From positions 1 through 55,023 of the forward strand of contig JBAQUT010000022.1 of NCBI GenBank assembly GCA_049297695.1: a stretch of DNA of 55,023 bases. The letters are read 5' to 3'. The stretch comes from Alphaproteobacteria bacterium. Its GTDB lineage: Bacteria; Pseudomonadota; Alphaproteobacteria; UBA2136; UBA6156. Below are positions 51,194-55,023 of this stretch, one piece after another. Within the stretch, counting starts at the first letter, position 1, and each line of letters begins with the position of its first letter. The notes below the pieces were generated by a model, which worked only from the letters and a program-made list of their open reading frames with translations, did not search any database and was not told the origin of the DNA. A program made the position numbers and the translations under genes.

Positions 51194-51628
51194 TTAACGT
51201 CCTTCCAAAACAGGTTTCTCTGTCACAATACTTTTGAGTTGGCTCCACGTTCCGGTACGTTCTTCAAACGGTTTAGTCTGTTCCACAATCACAGCACGTA
51301 ACTCATCAGGAGTAAGCCTTCCTTCACGATACCTAACATAAGCCTGTTGTCGGAGGCCAAGATTTTGAAGGTTTCTTACTTCAATCATAAAGTCTTTGTC
51401 ATCAACATCACTTTGAACTACAAGCAAATCATCCTTAGCAACACGAGCCAACTCACGAGTATCAGGGTGCTCAGCCTTATTGTCCTTTCTGAACTCAACA
51501 GAAACCAAGCTGGTACATCGCGCCGCTTTTACGTTATTCTTATCCACAAATAACACCAAATCTTCCAAACCAACCAAATCAAAAGATTGTTGGGAATATA
51601 AAAGCCAGTACGTGTCTTTACGATTCAT
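51194..51628 (-). CDS. Hypothetical protein (AT-richer ORFan)
   Basis: 144 aa. GGGAGG RBS. Its stop is 2 nt from the dehydrogenase ATG and its 3' end carries that gene's RBS. Confidence 0.55.
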   Translation of the reverse strand: MNRKDTYWLLYSQQSFDLVGLEDLVLFVDKNNVKAARCTSLVSVEFRKDNKAEHPDTRELARVAKDDLLVVQSDVDDKDFMIEVRNLQNLGLRQQAYVRYREGRLTPDELRAVIVEQTKPFEERTGTWSQLKSIVTEKPVLEGR

Positions 51629-51672
51629 AAAATGCCTCCCTTTATGGTGTAACGCTTATCTCACACCCCCCT

Positions 51673-52572
51673 TTACTTGCCAACCCCCTGCCCCAGCACC
51701 GTATGAAGCTCTACCTCCCCCATCGGCAAGGTAATCCCCACCGTGCGGGTGGCCAAAGGTACGTTATGAAAAGCCAGCTTGGAGTGCTTGGCCACCACGG
51801 CACGGGCCTCACTCTCCGCCATGGGGATGGCATCCAGTTTCCCCGCCTCCAGCAACGCTACGGTTTCGCTCACCTCCAATGGCAATCCCACAGCCGTGGC
51901 ACGGGGCAACGTATTGGCCAAACCCTCAGCCAGCCAGCCACCATCGTTCACCAACGGCACCACATGCAGGGGCGTGTTCATGGCCTCCACGGGTTTGGCG
52001 GCATCGGCCTTGCGCACCAGCAAACGGGCGGTTTCGGTGCGCACGGGCACCACGCGGTGGGTTAGGTTATCGCCCGCGTGCAAAGGCACGGGCTGGCAGG
52101 GCATATCCGCCACCGCGCTTTGGGCTTGGGCCACCACATTCCCCACCAAGGGCAGGCTGGCCAACACCCCCAACCCGGGGATGGGGCTTTCCGGCGCGTC
52201 CATCTTCACCCACACCACGGGCAAGTTCAGACGGGTGCTTACCGCACTCCACCACGCCCGGTCGGCGTCACTTAAAACACCTTCAAACCCACAGGCCAGC
52301 TCGCCCTTGGTCACAACCTTGCTGTACAGGGTTTGGCTGTTGCGGGCTTTTAACATATTCTGCACTTCCACCGTGCCGTAACTGGTCAGCGCGCTGGTCA
52401 GCAAGGCTGTCAACGTGGCCACCAAGCCTACCTGTTTGAAGTTGTCCCACTTGCCCTGCAGCCCCGCAAGGTGAGGCTCCACCTGCCTCCACAGCAGGTC
52501 TGCTTTGTCCATCACGGCTTGGGGGATAAGCCCCTTCAGCATCTCCAGCAGCGGCATAAATCGTTCGATCAT
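51673..52572 (-). CDS. Hypothetical membrane-anchored protein
   Basis: 299 aa. One internal hydrophobic helix (VGLVATLTALLTSALTSY). ATGA overlap with the comEC stop. Confidence 0.5.
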   Translation of the reverse strand: MIERFMPLLEMLKGLIPQAVMDKADLLWRQVEPHLAGLQGKWDNFKQVGLVATLTALLTSALTSYGTVEVQNMLKARNSQTLYSKVVTKGELACGFEGVLSDADRAWWSAVSTRLNLPVVWVKMDAPESPIPGLGVLASLPLVGNVVAQAQSAVADMPCQPVPLHAGDNLTHRVVPVRTETARLLVRKADAAKPVEAMNTPLHVVPLVNDGGWLAEGLANTLPRATAVGLPLEVSETVALLEAGKLDAIPMAESEARAVVAKHSKLAFHNVPLATRTVGITLPMGEVELHTVLGQGVGK

Positions 52573-54629
52573 TCTCCCGATGTAGGTCGGGTTTCAGGGT
52601 TTGGCAAGGGCGGTTCCCCCCAACACGCCTCCACCACCCTATGCCACGGCCGCGTGCAGATAAGGTGATGTATGGTAAGGCCTTGAGAGTTCAGGCTGGC
52701 AAAGGCAAAACCTCCCTCCTCCACCGTGCGGGCGGGGCAGGCGGTGGGTGGGGTGCGTTCGGGCACTACCAGCACCGTGTTCAAGGCGCAATCTTCAGGG
52801 GTAGGTACGGATGTTCGCATCACGGCACCCACAGGGGTTTCCAAACGGCAGGGCAACGTGTCGCACAGAGTGGTTATTACGGTGGGGGAAGCATACCCGT
52901 ACCGTACCAACGTGCCCATCAGGCGGGGGTTTTCGCCCCACAGAATGGTGGTGGTAGCGGGGGTTAGCAGCGTCGCCGTGCGGCCGCCGTCCATCAGCCT
53001 TACTTCAACACCCTGCCGCTGCCCAACGGCCCACACACCAACCCCCAAAACTGCAAACAATACCAGCGACATCACACTGCCCCACGCCCGCCGCCCCAGT
53101 ACCAACGCCAACCCTATGGCCGATGCCATCAGTACCCACGGCCACATCGCCACTGGCACCTGCACCGTGGCCAACGGCAAGGTGGAGACCCACCCCGCCC
53201 ACGCATTCACCCACGCCACCCCGTACCCCGCCGCCGCAAACACGGGGCCATGCAAGCCCACAGGCACCAACGCCATGCCCGCAAAGGCCAGCAAGGTAAG
53301 CGGCCCCATGGCGGGGATAGCCACCATGTTGGCCACCACCCCCAACAGGTTGAATTGCCCAAAGTTAAGAATCAACAACGGCGCCGTGGCCCATGCCGCC
53401 ACAAGGCTGCTGCGGGCCAGCCAGCGGGCACGTTCTACCCAACCTTCGGGGTGGCCTACGGCAAGGCCCAGCAGTATCAACCCTCCCACCGCCGCAAAAC
53501 TCAGCTGAAACCCCGCCCCCATCACCGCCGCCGGGTTGGCCACCAACACGGCCACCATGGCCACCGCCCACGCCCGTGGCAGGCTGCGCAACCGCCCCAA
53601 AACAGCGGCCAGCAACAGCAGGGCCACCATCAGCAAGGCCCGCTGCACGCTGACGGGCGCCCCCGCCACCACGGCATAAAGGGTGGCTGCCACCAACCCC
53701 ACCACGGCACCGATAGCCCGCCCGTTCACTTGCAAGGCGAGGGCAGGCCACAGGGCAACCAGCCACCGCACCAACCAAAACACCCCACCGCCCACCAAGG
53801 TTAGCTGCAACCCGCTGACTGCCAACAAATGGCTTAACCCCGCGGCACGGTAGGCATTTTGGACACTCTGCGGTATCTGCCGCTGCTCGGCCACCAACAA
53901 ACTGGTCAGCACGCCATTGGCATAGGGTAACGTGGCCTCGCGCACCTTGGCCCGCCAACCGTCCAACACCGTGTTCAACCTCACGCGCCAGCCTGTGGGT
54001 ATGGGCGGCGGAACCGTGGCTTCGGGCTTGCCCATGGCAAAGCCTTGTACGGTGGAATGGTTCAAAAAGCGGTTCAGGCGGTAATCGTGTTCGCCGTCAA
54101 AACGGGGGCCTTCGGGGGGGTACACCTTCAGCGGCAGCGCCACCCCCTGCCCCAGCATCATGCCCGCCGTTTGGGTGGCGTATAAGCCAACCCGCACACG
54201 GGGCAAGGCCAGCGTGGCTCCATGAGGCAACCCCACCATGACGGCATCGGCAATCTCCACCATGCGGCGGCTGGGGCTGGCCCCTTCCTCCACCGCCGCC
54301 ACACGGCCCGTTACCCAATGGGATTTGCTGGCCAGCTGCTCCCAGTTCAACCCTTCCCCCGCCCGCATCACCTGAAACTGCGCCAACGCCACCAACACCC
54401 CGCACGCCCACACCCCATAGCCCACGGGCTTGTGCCATGCCACGGCCAGCAACCACCCCAAAGCCATCATACCAACCCCAGCATAGGCCCACGGCTCATA
54501 CGGCCAACCCAAATACCCCGCTGCCCCCGCAGCCGCGCCCAAGGCCAACGCCAGCGGGGTTGCATGGGGGGCAAGGGCGCGGTGCAAGGTCATAAGTGCC
54601 AATCTGCCCACAACCCCCGTTGACATCAA
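52569..54629 (-). CDS. comEC: ComEC/Rec2-family DNA internalisation channel protein
   Basis: Polytopic 686-aa protein. DUF4131-like N-terminus. Competence-domain region with LLAVSGLQLTLVGG. Confidence 0.82.
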   Translation of the reverse strand: MMSTGVVGRLALMTLHRALAPHATPLALALGAAAGAAGYLGWPYEPWAYAGVGMMALGWLLAVAWHKPVGYGVWACGVLVALAQFQVMRAGEGLNWEQLASKSHWVTGRVAAVEEGASPSRRMVEIADAVMVGLPHGATLALPRVRVGLYATQTAGMMLGQGVALPLKVYPPEGPRFDGEHDYRLNRFLNHSTVQGFAMGKPEATVPPPIPTGWRVRLNTVLDGWRAKVREATLPYANGVLTSLLVAEQRQIPQSVQNAYRAAGLSHLLAVSGLQLTLVGGGVFWLVRWLVALWPALALQVNGRAIGAVVGLVAATLYAVVAGAPVSVQRALLMVALLLLAAVLGRLRSLPRAWAVAMVAVLVANPAAVMGAGFQLSFAAVGGLILLGLAVGHPEGWVERARWLARSSLVAAWATAPLLILNFGQFNLLGVVANMVAIPAMGPLTLLAFAGMALVPVGLHGPVFAAAGYGVAWVNAWAGWVSTLPLATVQVPVAMWPWVLMASAIGLALVLGRRAWGSVMSLVLFAVLGVGVWAVGQRQGVEVRLMDGGRTATLLTPATTTILWGENPRLMGTLVRYGYASPTVITTLCDTLPCRLETPVGAVMRTSVPTPEDCALNTVLVVPERTPPTACPARTVEEGGFAFASLNSQGLTIHHLICTRPWHRVVEACWGEPPLPNPETRPTSGE

Positions 54630-54659
54630 CGCCCAAGCCCGCTATCAGGGCACTTGCGT

Positions 54660-54736
54660 GGCGCCTTAGCTCAGTTGGTTAGAGCAGAGGAATCATAATC
54701 CTAAGGTCCCCTGTTCGAGTCAGGGAGGCGCCACCA
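54660..54736 (+). tRNA. tRNA with CAU anticodon (elongator Met or Ile2/lysidine type), CCA encoded
   Basis: Acceptor GGCGCCT/AGGCGCC. D-arm GCTC-AGTTGGTTA-GAGC. Anticodon loop ATCATAA. T-arm CCCTG-TTCGAGT-CAGGG. Folded by hand. One G-A mismatch at 27:43. Confidence 0.85.
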
Positions 54737-54756
54737 TTTGTTTATCCACCACATTT

Positions 54757-54854
54757 CCTTAGCTCAGTTGGAGTTTTATGTAAGCGCACCTCTGGTGCGA
54801 CGCCGAGGAATCATAATCCTAAGGTCCCCTGTTCGAGTTAGTGGGACGCCACCA
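54757..54854 (+). pseudogene. Chimeric, degenerate copy of the adjacent tRNA-CAU
   Basis: It shares a 15-nt block (54757-54771), a 34-nt block (54805-54838) and the CGCCACCA end with the intact gene. A 33-nt segment replaces TTAGAGCA, and neither the acceptor stem nor the D stem can form. Confidence 0.5.
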
Positions 54855-55023
54855 TTTTTCGCAAAGCGAAAAATGCCCTACGTAGCCTTGGCGAAGAAGG
54901 GCTGTTAAAATAATCCCCATCTATCCCTTCCACACTTGCAACCCCCCTTCCACCTATGCAACAGTGCGGTATGGAAACCCCCAACACCCCCACCCCCGCC
55001 CTTGTTCTCAAAGCCCTGATGGC

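Noticed and set aside
54971-55023. ATG-initiated open frame running off the window end (METPNTPTPALVLKALM...)
   Set aside because: Only 17 codons are visible, with no RBS or motif. That is too little to call.

Overview
About 55 kb of chromosome from a high-GC Gram-negative bacterium. Single 60-nt lines I counted give roughly 58-65% GC in the backbone. Gene content and order fit an alphaproteobacterium: mscL, comF, acpP-fabF-mltG, ndk, hdaA, degP-rarA, rluC-like, asmA, prfB, apbC, ppiD, secG-pyrG, lipB-tRNA-Leu, asnB, comEC and tRNA-CAU. The backbone is ordinary housekeeping. Four things stand out. (1) At least a dozen short, visibly AT-richer islets of 1-2 genes (about 40-45% GC by spot count) sit exactly between conserved genes. 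Many are translationally coupled to their neighbours by ATGA or TAATG overlaps, or are driven by near-consensus sigma70-like promoters that begin in or right after the upstream stop codon and carry an AGTATAC box. Three islet proteins form a paralogous winged-helix-like ORFan family. (2) A non-canonical chaperone-usher-like fimbrial locus lies at 25.3-31.2 kb. (3) An accessory island between pyrG and lipB carries an orphan VirB11/TrbB-type ATPase immediately upstream of, and co-oriented with, an MntA-HepT module. (4) Two secreted paralogs sharing a 10-Cys C-terminal domain follow tRNA-Leu. Smaller oddities are an octamer-based 24-bp in-frame tandem repeat inside lipB, with a related GTAAC array upstream of pyrG. 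There is also a candidate sRNA, a repeat-flanked mini-ORF, direct repeats inside asnB, and a chimeric degenerate copy of tRNA-CAU. prfB carries the classical +1 frameshift, which the ORF track splits. I saw no rRNA, CRISPR array, transposase or integrase. All calls come from reading the translations and the sequence by eye. No database search was run.
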